From Vulcanimicrobiaceae bacterium (GTDB taxonomy: Bacteria > Vulcanimicrobiota > Vulcanimicrobiia > Vulcanimicrobiales > Vulcanimicrobiaceae), in contig JBHEMM010000025.1 of NCBI GenBank assembly GCA_046262595.1, positions 13,159 through 37,055 on the forward strand: a DNA stretch of 23,897 nucleotides, in the 5' to 3' direction. Made by a program: the position numbers and the translations under genes. Positions 1 through 13,966 of the stretch are shown one piece after another. The notes under the pieces were generated by a model. It had not been told where the DNA came from. It searched no databases and was given only the letters and a program-made list of their open reading frames with translations. Each line of letters starts with the position of its first letter. The first letter of the stretch is position 1.

Positions 1-260
1 TGCCCAAGCCGTACAACACGCTGCAGCTCTCCGACGTCGAGGGCTTACGCAAAGTCGTGCGCTCCGCGGGCCGTTCGCTGGTCCTGGTTTCGGGCGGCAG
101 CAAAATGAGCGACGACGAGGCGCTGCACAAAGCGAAGATCGCGATGGAGGCAGGGTGCGTCGGCCTGATCTTCGGACGCAACATGTGGCAGCGTGACTGG
201 GACGACGCCCTGGCAGTGACCGCCCGCATGCACGACGTCATGAAGGGTTATGGACAGTAA
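1..260 (+). CDS. Class I fructose-bisphosphate aldolase (DhnA/LsrF-type), 3' part only; the gene starts before the window
   Basis: The frame is open from position 3: PKPYNTLQLSDVEGLRKVVRSAGRSLVLVSGGSK...EAGCVGLIFGRNMWQ. SGGxK and GxxFGRNxWQ are typical C-terminal motifs of DhnA-type aldolases. Stop TAA at 258-260. Confidence 0.85.
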   Translation, partial: PKPYNTLQLSDVEGLRKVVRSAGRSLVLVSGGSKMSDDEALHKAKIAMEAGCVGLIFGRNMWQRDWDDALAVTARMHDVMKGYGQ

Positions 261-501
261 GCCTGAGGCAACGGACGAGTCCGTTGAAGCGCGCGTAAAC
301 CGCGCGCTCGACAAAGTGCGCCCCGGCATCCAGATGGACGGCGGCGAAGTGTGGCTGCTCAAAGTGGAAAACGGCACGGCCTTCGTGCAGATGCTGGGCG
401 CCTGCGGTGGATGCCCCGCATCCAACATGACGCTCAAAGGCGCGATCGAACGGGTTGTCTGCGCCGACGTACCGGAAGTCACCGACGTGGTTCAGGTCTA
501 A
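250..501 (+). CDS. NifU C-terminal-domain (Nfu-type) Fe-S cluster carrier
   Basis: 83 aa with ALDKVRPGIQMDGGEV and the signature LGACGGCPASNMTLK (CxxC). Start overlaps the aldolase stop by 11 nt. Confidence 0.93.
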   Translation: MDSKPEATDESVEARVNRALDKVRPGIQMDGGEVWLLKVENGTAFVQMLGACGGCPASNMTLKGAIERVVCADVPEVTDVVQV

Positions 502-504
502 TCT

Positions 505-544
505 GCCGCTTCCGTCGCGCAACGTGCGGACGCACGGATGCGGC
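505..544. terminator. GC-rich inverted repeat between convergent genes; possible bidirectional terminator
   Basis: GCCGC-T-TCCGT (505-515) pairs with ACGGA-T-GCGGC (534-544) with one mismatch. It lies between the stops at 501 and 562. No clear U-tract. Confidence 0.35.
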
Positions 545-561
545 CGACGCAAACAGAGCGG

Positions 562-981
562 TTAAAGGACGCGTTTGTCGTCGGGGTTGTCGTGCGGCGA
601 TGCGATAAGAATTGCACGGATGGGGCCGCTGCCGGTGGATTTGATTTCAAATGCCGTATTGCGCGGGACGGAAATCACCGAGCCCGGCTTGAGGGCGAAC
701 GTCGGATAGCCGACCGAGGCAATTCCCGAGCCGCTTACGATATAGAGCAGATCGTCTTGCTTCGTGTAGACTTGCTTGGGCAGACGCCCGATTTCGAGAG
801 CGAGCACGTCGCCTGCGGAAGCGTGCATGATTTTCGATGCGACGGTGCCGTTGCTGTCCGGCGTCATCGCGGCGAATATCGATGCGGAATCCGCGCTCGA
901 CGGCGATTCTTGTGCGTGCACTGCAAGCGCGCCGAAGCCGAAAAGTGCGAGGGCAGCTGCGATAGGAATGAGTTGCTTCAT
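562..981 (-). CDS. Exported cupin-fold protein
   Basis: Sec signal peptide MKQLIPIAAALALFGFGALAVHA|Q. Cupin pattern LLYIVSGSG...LKPGSVISVPRN. RBS AGAGG 5 nt before the ATG. Confidence 0.8.
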   Translation of the reverse strand: MKQLIPIAAALALFGFGALAVHAQESPSSADSASIFAAMTPDSNGTVASKIMHASAGDVLALEIGRLPKQVYTKQDDLLYIVSGSGIASVGYPTFALKPGSVISVPRNTAFEIKSTGSGPIRAILIASPHDNPDDKRVL

Positions 982-1000
982 AAGTACCTCTTAGATGCTG

Positions 1001-1026
1001 AACGTTGAAAGTGGGCGGGTTGTTCC
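1001..1026 (-). promoter_or_regulatory. Putative ECF sigma-factor promoter (GGAAC-N17-CGTT) for the cupin gene
   Basis: The minus strand reads GGAAC aacccgcccactttcaa CGTT, within the 49-nt intergenic gap and about 20 nt upstream of the ATG. Matches the SigH/SigE/SigR-type ECF consensus. Confidence 0.6.
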
Positions 1027-1030
1027 GCGG

Positions 1031-1846
1031 TCATAACGGCGGTAAGCTGCGCAGCCACGCGGGCTCGTTCCGGTGCTCCGCCACACGTTGACGCACGGCC
1101 CGGATAAGCGAACGTCCCTCGAGTGCATCGCGCATTGCGGCCACCGCTTCAAGCGCCCGCGGATCGCCGGATCGCCAGGCCGCTTGCGTTTGCGGCGCCC
1201 ACAGGCACACTGAACCGGAGATGCAGCCCGCGAGGCCGTCCTCGAGAGCATTGGAGAGCAGCGCTTCGGATCCTGGGAAAACGGCAACCGCCGGATCGAG
1301 CGCATGAATCGCGCGTTCCAGCTCCGGCTTGTTCGAACTGTCCTTCAAACCGCAGATGATTCCGGGAAATTCCCGCAGCAAACGCCCGCAGAGCTCCGGC
1401 TCGAACGTAATGCCGCTCATGCGCGGGAAATTGTAGAGCATGATGCTCTGCTGCGGCGGATTCACTCGCGAGAAGAGCGCGTCGAAAAAAGCGGTGATGC
1501 CGTCCGCGCTCGCGTCGCGGTAATAGAATGGCGGGATGATCAGCGCCGCACGGTAACCGCACTCGAAAGCCGCGCGCGTGAGCAGCACGGCATCGCCCAG
1601 TGCGCTGGCGCCGGTGCCGGTCATGAGGCGATCGCACGGAAGCGCAGATGCGAGGGATTGCATGAAGCGCAGACGTTCGTGAAGTCCGAGCGACATCGCT
1701 TCGCCGGTGGTGCCGAGCACGTTCAAGCCGTCGCAGCCGTTTGCGAGCAGATCGCGATAGTACGGGATTGCAAGCGCACTGTCCGGGCGCAGACTCGAGT
1801 CGAACGGCGTGAGAACGGCGGCGATGATACCGCGCACGACGCTCAC
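1031..1846 (-). CDS. DapA/N-acetylneuraminate-lyase family class I aldolase (probably not a true DHDPS)
   Basis: Motifs TPF, GTTGE, PPFYY, LYNFP and the Schiff-base Lys in GLKDSS. The GTG start overlaps the upstream TGA (GTGA, 1843-1846). Confidence 0.9.
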   Translation of the reverse strand: MSVVRGIIAAVLTPFDSSLRPDSALAIPYYRDLLANGCDGLNVLGTTGEAMSLGLHERLRFMQSLASALPCDRLMTGTGASALGDAVLLTRAAFECGYRAALIIPPFYYRDASADGITAFFDALFSRVNPPQQSIMLYNFPRMSGITFEPELCGRLLREFPGIICGLKDSSNKPELERAIHALDPAVAVFPGSEALLSNALEDGLAGCISGSVCLWAPQTQAAWRSGDPRALEAVAAMRDALEGRSLIRAVRQRVAEHRNEPAWLRSLPPL

Positions 1847-2835
1847 CGTCCGGTCGCGCCTTTAAGGAAAAACGCGAGATTTGCGGGCCGCTCGGCGAGC
1901 CGGCGCATCAGGTACGCAAACCAATGCGTCCCAAACGGAACGGCAAGCCGCACACGATAACCGGCCTCGAGCAGCTCTCCCGCAACCGGCGCGCCGATAC
2001 CGTACAGCATCTGAAACTCGAAACGCCCGCTTTTGGGCAAGCCGAGCTGCGCGGCGCGACGCAGCACCCATTCGACGATGCGCCGGTCGTGCGTGGCGAG
2101 GGCGGTGTAGCCTTCGTTGCTCAGCGCCATATCAGCGAGATGGATATACGCGCCGTCAACGTCGCGTTTGTCGGGATAAGCGATCGCCGCCGGCTCCAAA
2201 TACGCGCCTTTCACGAGCCGCACGTTCGGGCGCAGCGGCAACAGCGAACGGAGATCTTGCGCGCTGCGCCGCAGATACGACTGCAAAACGAAACCCACAT
2301 TTTCGAAGCGCTCGTGCAGGCGCCGATAGACGCACAGTGTGGCGTCCACGTAGCGCGACTGTTCCATGTCCATGCGCATGGTGTTGCCGCAGGCTGCAGC
2401 CGCTTGCGCGATGCACGCGGCGTTCGCGAACGCGAGTTCCGGATCCAGATCCAGACCGGCGTGCGTAAGTTTGAATGCGACGTTTGCATCGAGCCCGAGG
2501 CGCGCGAACGTTTGCAGCAGGCCGCAATAGGCTTCGGTCACTGCGGCCGCCTCGGCAGCGCTCGCGACGTTTTCACCTAAGATGCCGCATGCGACCGCAA
2601 AACCGCGCGCATTCAGTTGTGCCGCTACGCGCAGGAAGTCTTCGGCGTTCTCGCCGGCAACGAACCGGCCGGCACCGAGGGCAAATCCGTATTTGGTGAC
2701 CAGCCGCTGCGCGTGCGGGCTGCCCGAGGCGGCAAGGATTAGTGAGCGCAGCGCGGGCAGTACCAGACCACCGCGCCTTCGCGCGAGACCGGAAGCATGT
2801 GGTCGCGTTTGCCGCGGCGGCCGCACTGCGCGCAT
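1843..2835 (-). CDS. Monofunctional proline dehydrogenase family flavoprotein (true start uncertain; homology begins near 2754-2766)
   Basis: Motifs RFVAGE, LGE, FKLT, RMDME, VLQSYL, VRLVKGAY, ATHD, EFQMLYG, YLMRRLAERPAN. The only canonical starts (ATG 2835, GTG 2826) lie inside the upstream ORF. Confidence 0.92.
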   Translation of the reverse strand: MRAVRPPRQTRPHASGLARRRGGLVLPALRSLILAASGSPHAQRLVTKYGFALGAGRFVAGENAEDFLRVAAQLNARGFAVACGILGENVASAAEAAAVTEAYCGLLQTFARLGLDANVAFKLTHAGLDLDPELAFANAACIAQAAAACGNTMRMDMEQSRYVDATLCVYRRLHERFENVGFVLQSYLRRSAQDLRSLLPLRPNVRLVKGAYLEPAAIAYPDKRDVDGAYIHLADMALSNEGYTALATHDRRIVEWVLRRAAQLGLPKSGRFEFQMLYGIGAPVAGELLEAGYRVRLAVPFGTHWFAYLMRRLAERPANLAFFLKGATGR

Positions 2836-2969
2836 GCGTACGTCTTTACCGTCGCACGGCGTGGGGCCGCGTGTCCGCCGCGCGTCGCGCCGTACGCCAC
2901 AATGACGACTGCCGACAAGGCTGCCAGCGGCGCCCAGGCAAAAAATTCGTGAATTGTTTGGCTGCCCAT
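2739..2969 (-). CDS. Small membrane-anchored zinc-ribbon protein, hypothetical
   Basis: 76 aa: hydrophobic segment FFAWAPLAALSAVVIVAYG, then YACAQCG...WYCPRC (two CxxC pairs). Fills the gap between cheR and the dehydrogenase in the same orientation. Confidence 0.7.
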   Translation of the reverse strand: MGSQTIHEFFAWAPLAALSAVVIVAYGATRGGHAAPRRATVKTYACAQCGRRGKRDHMLPVSREGAVVWYCPRCAH

Positions 2970-3011
2970 AGCCCGCCAGTTTTGCGCGGCCGCGCCGGCC
3001 GCCTTCAGCCG

Positions 3012-3871
3012 CTACCGCATGCGGCGGTAGATCGGGAAAACCTCGTCGACTTTGCGGAAGACGCCTTCATGCGGCGTTGCGTGGAGCGATTCGGCCGAGC
3101 TTAAACATAAGAATCCGAAGCGCGATAAGCTTTGCAAGAAAAGATTGTGCACGCGGTACTGCAGCGACTTGCTGAATTGCGGCAGCACGCCGCGCGAAAC
3201 AATGCAATGAAACTCGTTCAGCGAGGAGTCGGTGGCCAAGCTGTGCGTGGAGAAGATCATTTGGCGCCGGATCTCCTCGTTGAAGCACACCGTGTCTTCA
3301 TTGAGCTCGCAGTAGTCCGAAAGCGGCGCCTGGCCGCCCGAGAGGCGGTAGTCTCCGGCAAGCTCTTCGATCGAGCCCACGGCAAAGACGCCCTCGCGCG
3401 CGACGGCGAGCGCGATCTCGCTCATATCGGTCGCGTAGATCATGCACTTTTGCAGGATGCCCGCTTCGCGCAGAACGCACGCGATGGTGTAGACGTCCTC
3501 ACCGGTGGAGCACGCCGGGAACCACAGGCGCACGAACGAGTACGTGCGCAAAAACGGCACGACGCGATCGCGAAACGCCTTATAGTATTCGGGCGTTTTA
3601 AACAAACGCGCAGGTGAGAACGACATGGCAAAGATGAATTTGCGCAGCGCGTCCCGGTCGTGCAGCAGCCGCTCCTGCAGGCCGCTGATCGTCTGCACAT
3701 CCTCTGCGCGCATGCGCTCGAAGACCCGGCGTTTGAGCGGGCCCGGAGCGTATTCCCGGAAATCGTAACCGCTCCACCGCACGATCGCTTCAAGCAAAAG
3801 CGAAAGCTCGACGGCCGCGCGTTCTTCGCTGCGGTCATCGGCTTCGCTTAACAGCGGCCCCTTTTCCCGGA

Positions 3872-3887
<16 letters not shown>
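3012..3887 (-). CDS. cheR: CheR-family protein-glutamate methyltransferase homologue (degenerate motifs)
   Basis: GYDFREY...[27 protein letters not shown]. The start overlaps the kinase stop by 16 nt. Confidence 0.88.
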
Positions 3888-9604
<5,717 letters not shown>

Positions 9605-9650
9605 AAAAAGATGAAACGCTCCGTTCGGGCAAGACGTTGCCCATTCTTCA

Positions 9651-9675
9651 TTTCCATTTCGAACTTCTGCCAAAC
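9651..9675 (-). promoter_or_regulatory. Possible SigB/SigF-type promoter for the kinase operon
   Basis: The minus strand reads GTTTGG-N13-TGGAAA, against the SigB consensus GTTTaa-N12-14-GGGwAw, 46 nt upstream of ATG 9604. Confidence 0.35.
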
Positions 9676-9725
9676 ACGGGCTCGCTAGGTTTAGCAAGCT
9701 AGCCGTAATGGGGAGAAGCCCATTG

Positions 9726-11255
9726 ATGCAAGTGCGGAATAACATCGATCCGCTTGATTTGCTTGCGGAGGCGAGCCGTTTGCTGACGGCCTCTTTCGAC
9801 TTGTCCTCCACCTTGCCCAAAGTGGCCGACCTGTGCGTGCGCAATCTCGCCGACTACTGCGCGATTTTTTCGTCTTACGGGGAAGCGGGCGGGGTCACAA
9901 TGGTGGAAGCCGCGGACCAACCCGGCGTGCACATGCACGCCGCAACGCCCGAAGCGCTACCGGCCGTCTTGCGCGAGCACGGGTACGAAAGCATCGTCGC
10001 GTGCCCGATTACCGGGCGCAGCGTTAGCGGAATCTTTGCAATTGCCAACCGCTCGCCGGACGTCTTCGGCGAGGACGTCATCAAGCTCGCCAACATTCTG
10101 GCACTGCAGATCGCGAACAGCCTGCAGCAATCCGTCCTTTTCGAGCGTACGTACCGCGTTGCAGACCGGCTGCAGCGCGCGCTCCTGCCCGAGCATCTGC
10201 CGACCGTTCCGGGAGCGCGATTCCACGCGGCATACCGGCCCGCAAGCGACGAGGCGGAAGTCGGCGGAGACTGGTACGATGCGTTCTGGCTGCCCGATGG
10301 GCGCGTTGCCATCTCGATGGGGGACGTCGCCGGTCACGGTTTGAGCGCCGCGACCATCATGGGCGAAATTCGTCAGGCGATGCGCACAACCGCGGTGTTT
10401 GAACACTCGCCCGCGACTGTTCTCGAACATATCAACAATGTGATTAACCTGCGAAGCGGCATCGGCATGGTGACCGCGATCTTCGCGTACTACGAGCCGG
10501 CCAAGCGGGAACTCACGTACGCCGTCGCCGGCCATCCTGCACCGGCGCTGGCGATCGGCGGTGGGTTTTGCGGTTTTTTGCCCGGCGGCGGCATGCCCCT
10601 CGGCGTCGACGACAAAGTCCAGGCGCGGGATTGGACGATGACCTTGCCGCCGCGCAGCGGCATCGTTTTTTATACGGACGGAATGACGGAATATTCTCGC
10701 GATATCTTCGCGGGCGAGGCGATGCTGCTCCAAGCGAGCGCGCGCGCTTTTGCAGTCGACGGTGCAAACCCGGCGCTCGCGCTGCAAGAGCGCATCTTCG
10801 ATGCAAAAGTGAACCGCGACGATGCCGCAACGCTCACGCTGGCTTGCGAAGACGGCCCTATTGTTGAGACGGCCCGCTTCTCCGCCATCCCGGTCGCCGC
10901 GCCGATCGTGCGTGCGCTGCTTCAGCGCTTCTGCGAGCAGCACGGCGTCGGCGAAGTGCAGACGTTCTCGATCATTACCGCTGCCGGCGAGGCGGTTGCG
11001 AACGCCGTGGAGCATGCATACCGCGGCGACGATCAAGGCTTCTTTTACGTGCGTCCGTCCGTCGAAGGCAATCTCATCACTATCGAGATCGAAGACGGCG
11101 GACGCTGGCGTCCGTTCGCGCCGCGCGACGAACGCGGGCGCGGCATGGTACTCATGTATGAATTGATGGATCGCGTTCGCATCACCTCAACGCAGTCCGG
11201 CACGAACATCATCATGACGACGAGCCGGACGAGCGAAGAACCAGCGCCGCATTGA
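9726..11255 (+). CDS. GAF + SpoIIE/RsbU-type PP2C phosphatase + RsbW-type anti-sigma kinase fusion
   Basis: Linker [13 protein letters not shown]2C motifs VGGDWYD, GDVAGHG, YTDG, RDDA; kinase motifs [26 protein letters not shown] at 9712-9715 favours TTG 9723 or ATG 9726 over ATG 9708. Confidence 0.92.
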   Translation: MQVRNNIDPLDLLAEASRLLTASFDLSSTLPKVADLCVRNLADYCAIFSSYGEAGGVTMVEAADQPGVHMHAATPEALPAVLREHGYESIVACPITGRSVSGIFAIANRSPDVFGEDVIKLANILALQIANSLQQSVLFERTYRVADRLQRALLPEHLPTVPGARFHAAYRPASDEAEVGGDWYDAFWLPDGRVAISMGDVAGHGLSAATIMGEIRQAMRTTAVFEHSPATVLEHINNVINLRSGIGMVTAIFAYYEPAKRELTYAVAGHPAPALAIGGGFCGFLPGGGMPLGVDDKVQARDWTMTLPPRSGIVFYTDGMTEYSRDIFAGEAMLLQASARAFAVDGANPALALQERIFDAKVNRDDAATLTLACEDGPIVETARFSAIPVAAPIVRALLQRFCEQHGVGEVQTFSIITAAGEAVANAVEHAYRGDDQGFFYVRPSVEGNLITIEIEDGGRWRPFAPRDERGRGMVLMYELMDRVRITSTQSGTNIIMTTSRTSEEPAPH

Positions 11256-12459
11256 TCCCGCCGAATCCCGACGAGTTCGACAACGTCAAACGCGCGCGCG
11301 CGTGCCGCGCTTGACGCGATACGTTTAAAGCGCACTCCGGATCCAAACGCTCCAGATTCACCGCGCCCGGCACGACGCCGTCCCGCATTGCGAGCAGCGC
11401 GATCGCAATCTCCCACGCGCCGGTTGTTCCCAGCGCGTGGCCGTGCTGGCCCTTGGTCGCGCATACCGGAATCTGCGCGAGGCGCTCACCAAAAACACGT
11501 TCGTAGGCGCGCGCTTCCGCCCGATCGCCCAGCCGCGTCGACGAGCCGTGCGCGTTGAGCACTTCGACTTGATCTGCCGTCACGTGCGCATCTTCGAGCG
11601 CGCGCTGCAGAGCCGTCGCGGTTTGATCGCCGCCTTCGATGGGCGCCGACATGTGATGCGCGTCGTTGGACGTTCCGTACCCGGCTATCTCCCCGTAAAT
11701 CCGCGCGCCGCGCGTCTGTGCGTCCGCGAAACGCTCGAGCAGCAGCATTCCGGCGCCTTCGGCCATGACGAAGCCGTCGCGCTTTTCGTCGAACGGACGG
11801 CTTGCGTGCGCGGGGTCGCTGTTGTTCGTCGACATCGCGCGCGCAACCACGAACGCGCCGTACGTGAGCTGCGCGAGCGGGGCCTCGACGCCTCCCGCAA
11901 GCGCCATGCGCAGTTCACCGTGGCGGATAGCGCGCGCCGCATCGCCGATCGCCATCGCGCCCGAAGCACACGAGTTTCCGTTCCCGGTCGAATGCCCGGT
12001 GGCGCCGAACTCGATGGCGATGTTGCTGGCGGCGGCGCCGCCGAAAACGGATATCGTCACCAGCGGGCTCACGCCGCGTAAACCCTCACGATGGAAAATT
12101 GCCATTTGGTCTTCAGCGATAGAGATGCCGCCGAGCGCCGACCCGGTAAAGACGCCGGTTTCGCCGGCACGTTCGCCGAGCTGCTCGAGCTGCGCGTCGG
12201 TCAGCGCGAGGTGGGCGGCGCAGACCGCCATTTGGGAGAAACGATCCGTCCACTGTATCCTGCGCTTGGTCATAAATGCAGCGGGCTCGAAGTCGTCGAC
12301 CTGCGCTGCAATGCGCGAGCGGAATGCGCCGGCGTTGAAACGCGTGATCGTGCTCACTGCGACGTGCCCCTCAAGCAGATTGCGCCACATCGTTTCGACG
12401 CCGTTGCCGAGCGGCGAGATGATGCCGATGCCCGTGACGGCGACCCGGTGCGGGCTCAC
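11212..12459 (-). CDS. Beta-ketoacyl synthase (FabF/KS-alpha-like), stand-alone
   Basis: RVAVTGIGIISPLG, catalytic Cys in NSCASG, SRPFD.KRDGFVMAEGAG, NAHGSST, KGQHGHALG, SNSSGFGG. GTG start at 12459 overlaps the upstream TGA. The 3' end overlaps the convergent phosphatase gene by 44 nt. Confidence 0.92.
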   Translation of the reverse strand: MSPHRVAVTGIGIISPLGNGVETMWRNLLEGHVAVSTITRFNAGAFRSRIAAQVDDFEPAAFMTKRRIQWTDRFSQMAVCAAHLALTDAQLEQLGERAGETGVFTGSALGGISIAEDQMAIFHREGLRGVSPLVTISVFGGAAASNIAIEFGATGHSTGNGNSCASGAMAIGDAARAIRHGELRMALAGGVEAPLAQLTYGAFVVARAMSTNNSDPAHASRPFDEKRDGFVMAEGAGMLLLERFADAQTRGARIYGEIAGYGTSNDAHHMSAPIEGGDQTATALQRALEDAHVTADQVEVLNAHGSSTRLGDRAEARAYERVFGERLAQIPVCATKGQHGHALGTTGAWEIAIALLAMRDGVVPGAVNLERLDPECALNVSRQARHARARLTLSNSSGFGGINAALVLRSSGSSS

Positions 12460-12875
12460 GGCTGTGCCTCCGCAAGCGCTTTCACACAGCGCAGCGTGCG
12501 CGTTGCAATCGGATCGATAAACCAGCGGCCGATGACGGGAGCGAGCGGCGAGCGCAGTTCGTGCTCGATCGTGACGCGCGTTCCGCGGGGATGCGGATCG
12601 AAACGCCACCACACGAGCATGCCGCGCGTCCAGCCGCGCACGTGGCGGAACGTGATCTGCGGAATCTCCGGATCGTTCACTTGCTCGGCGCGCCAGCGCA
12701 CCGGAATCATGCCCCGCCGCGCCGCCATTTCAACGACGCGCGTGTGCCCCGCTTCGGAAAGGACGCGTACGAAGCGGTAGTGCGGCAACATTTGCGGCCA
12801 ATGCTCCGTCGCGCTCGCGAGATCGTAGATGCGGCGGCCGGGCGCTTCGATCACGATCTCGTTGCGCATGTTCAC
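12456..12875 (-). CDS. SRPBCC/START-fold polyketide cyclase/aromatase-like protein
   Basis: NEIVIEAP..RIYDLA....HWPQMLPHY, WRAEQ, ITFRH, GM...WRF, GTRVTIEH. Start is GTG 12875 (GTGA overlap) or ATG 12869. Confidence 0.85.
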   Translation of the reverse strand: MNMRNEIVIEAPGRRIYDLASATEHWPQMLPHYRFVRVLSEAGHTRVVEMAARRGMIPVRWRAEQVNDPEIPQITFRHVRGWTRGMLVWWRFDPHPRGTRVTIEHELRSPLAPVIGRWFIDPIATRTLRCVKALAEAQP

Positions 12876-13966
12876 GCGCTCACCGCGTCCAAAAGCGGCG
12901 CGAACAACGGCGCGCACGGCGCGAGAAACGGCATCCGCAGGGAGAGTGAGACGATCGAGGAGTAACGTTTGCGCCTCGCTATCTCACGGTATAGGGCGCG
13001 CCCGTACGCTGCGAACGATGCCGCTTCGCTTGCGCCGGCGCGCACGGCGAGCAATGCCTTGCAGGCCAGCCGCGCGCCATATAACGCCAGATACACGCCT
13101 TGTCCGGTGAAGGGATCCACAAACTCGGCCGCGTCGCCTGCCAGCAGCACGCCCGGCGCATGGAACGCGGTGGCGCGGTACGCAAGCGGGCCGATCGCAA
13201 TGCGGTTTCCTTGCAGCGTCGCAAACGAAAGATCGATCGTTCCCGCGCTTAATTCCGCCGCACGGCCGCGCACAAACGCTTGCATATTCTCGCGATGGGC
13301 GCGCACGTCGCGTTCGTAAACGATGAGCATCACGTTTGCCGTTTGCGCGTCAAATGGATTCACCGCGAAGTACGTACGGCCGTCGACGAACATGTGCACG
13401 TACCGGTCCAACGCCCGCAATCCGCCGTAGTGGCCGCCCAGCGCAAAACGCGCTTCGCCCTTCGGCGGCGCGTGCAGGCGCAGTTCTTTGGCCAAAAGCG
13501 AATGCGCGCCGTCCGCCGCAACGAGCGCGCCGGCCGTAAGCGTTGCATCGCCGCCCTCCGGCAAACGGATGCGCAATCGTACGTTTCCTTCCGAGGCAGT
13601 AACGTTTTCCGCGCGCGCTCGGATGGCGCGCACCCCCGCCGCGATGGCGGCGCGGCGCAAAACGTCATCCAGCGTTTGCCTTGGAAGCGACCAGCCGGGC
13701 GTTCGAAAGGGCAACTCGGCCCTCGCACCGCGCGTAAAAACGCGCACGCCCTTTAACGCGTACGCGTGCGGTTGCAATACCGGCGTTAAACCAAGCGCGC
13801 CGAGCATTCGCACTGTGGTGCCGCTCAAATATTCCCCGCATGGCTTCGTGCGTGGAAACTCGGAGCGGTCAATGAGCGTTACGTCGAATCCTTCGCGTGC
13901 AAGCAGCAGCGCGGCCGCCGAGCCGGCCGGCCCCGCACCCGCTACGAGGACGCTATTTTTTAAAAT
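12872..13966 (-). CDS. FAD-dependent oxidoreductase, geranylgeranyl-reductase/flavin-monooxygenase family (start not canonical; coordinate set at an in-frame ATT)
   Basis: The frame is open from 13975. Upstream of the track start (TTG 13828) it reads ILKNSVLVAGAGPAGSAAALLLAREGFDVTLIDRSEFPRTKPCGEYLS. Later motifs are RQTLD, VAADGAHS and LAGDAAEFVDPFTGQG. Confidence 0.9.
   Translation of the reverse strand: MLKNSVLVAGAGPAGSAAALLLAREGFDVTLIDRSEFPRTKPCGEYLSGTTVRMLGALGLTPVLQPHAYALKGVRVFTRGARAELPFRTPGWSLPRQTLDDVLRRAAIAAGVRAIRARAENVTASEGNVRLRIRLPEGGDATLTAGALVAADGAHSLLAKELRLHAPPKGEARFALGGHYGGLRALDRYVHMFVDGRTYFAVNPFDAQTANVMLIVYERDVRAHRENMQAFVRGRAAELSAGTIDLSFATLQGNRIAIGPLAYRATAFHAPGVLLAGDAAEFVDPFTGQGVYLALYGARLACKALLAVRAGASEAASFAAYGRALYREIARRKRYSSIVSLSLRMPFLAPCAPLFAPLLDAVSA

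Noticed and set aside
9605..9844. 80-aa N-terminal extension of the kinase in the ORF track
   Set aside because: It overlaps the divergent phosphatase gene and the intergenic control region. ATG 9604 is more plausible.
12460..12612. Track extension of the ketosynthase (and similar extensions for ferredoxin to 14369 and rbfA to 21031)
   Set aside because: The extensions run through upstream genes. Family-like N-termini and start/stop overlaps point to 12459, 14195 and 20932.
12872..13828. The flavoenzyme as a truncated pseudogene lacking its FAD-binding motif
   Set aside because: The GAGPAG motif and PRxKxCG are present in frame upstream with no stop or frameshift. Only the start codon is unusual.
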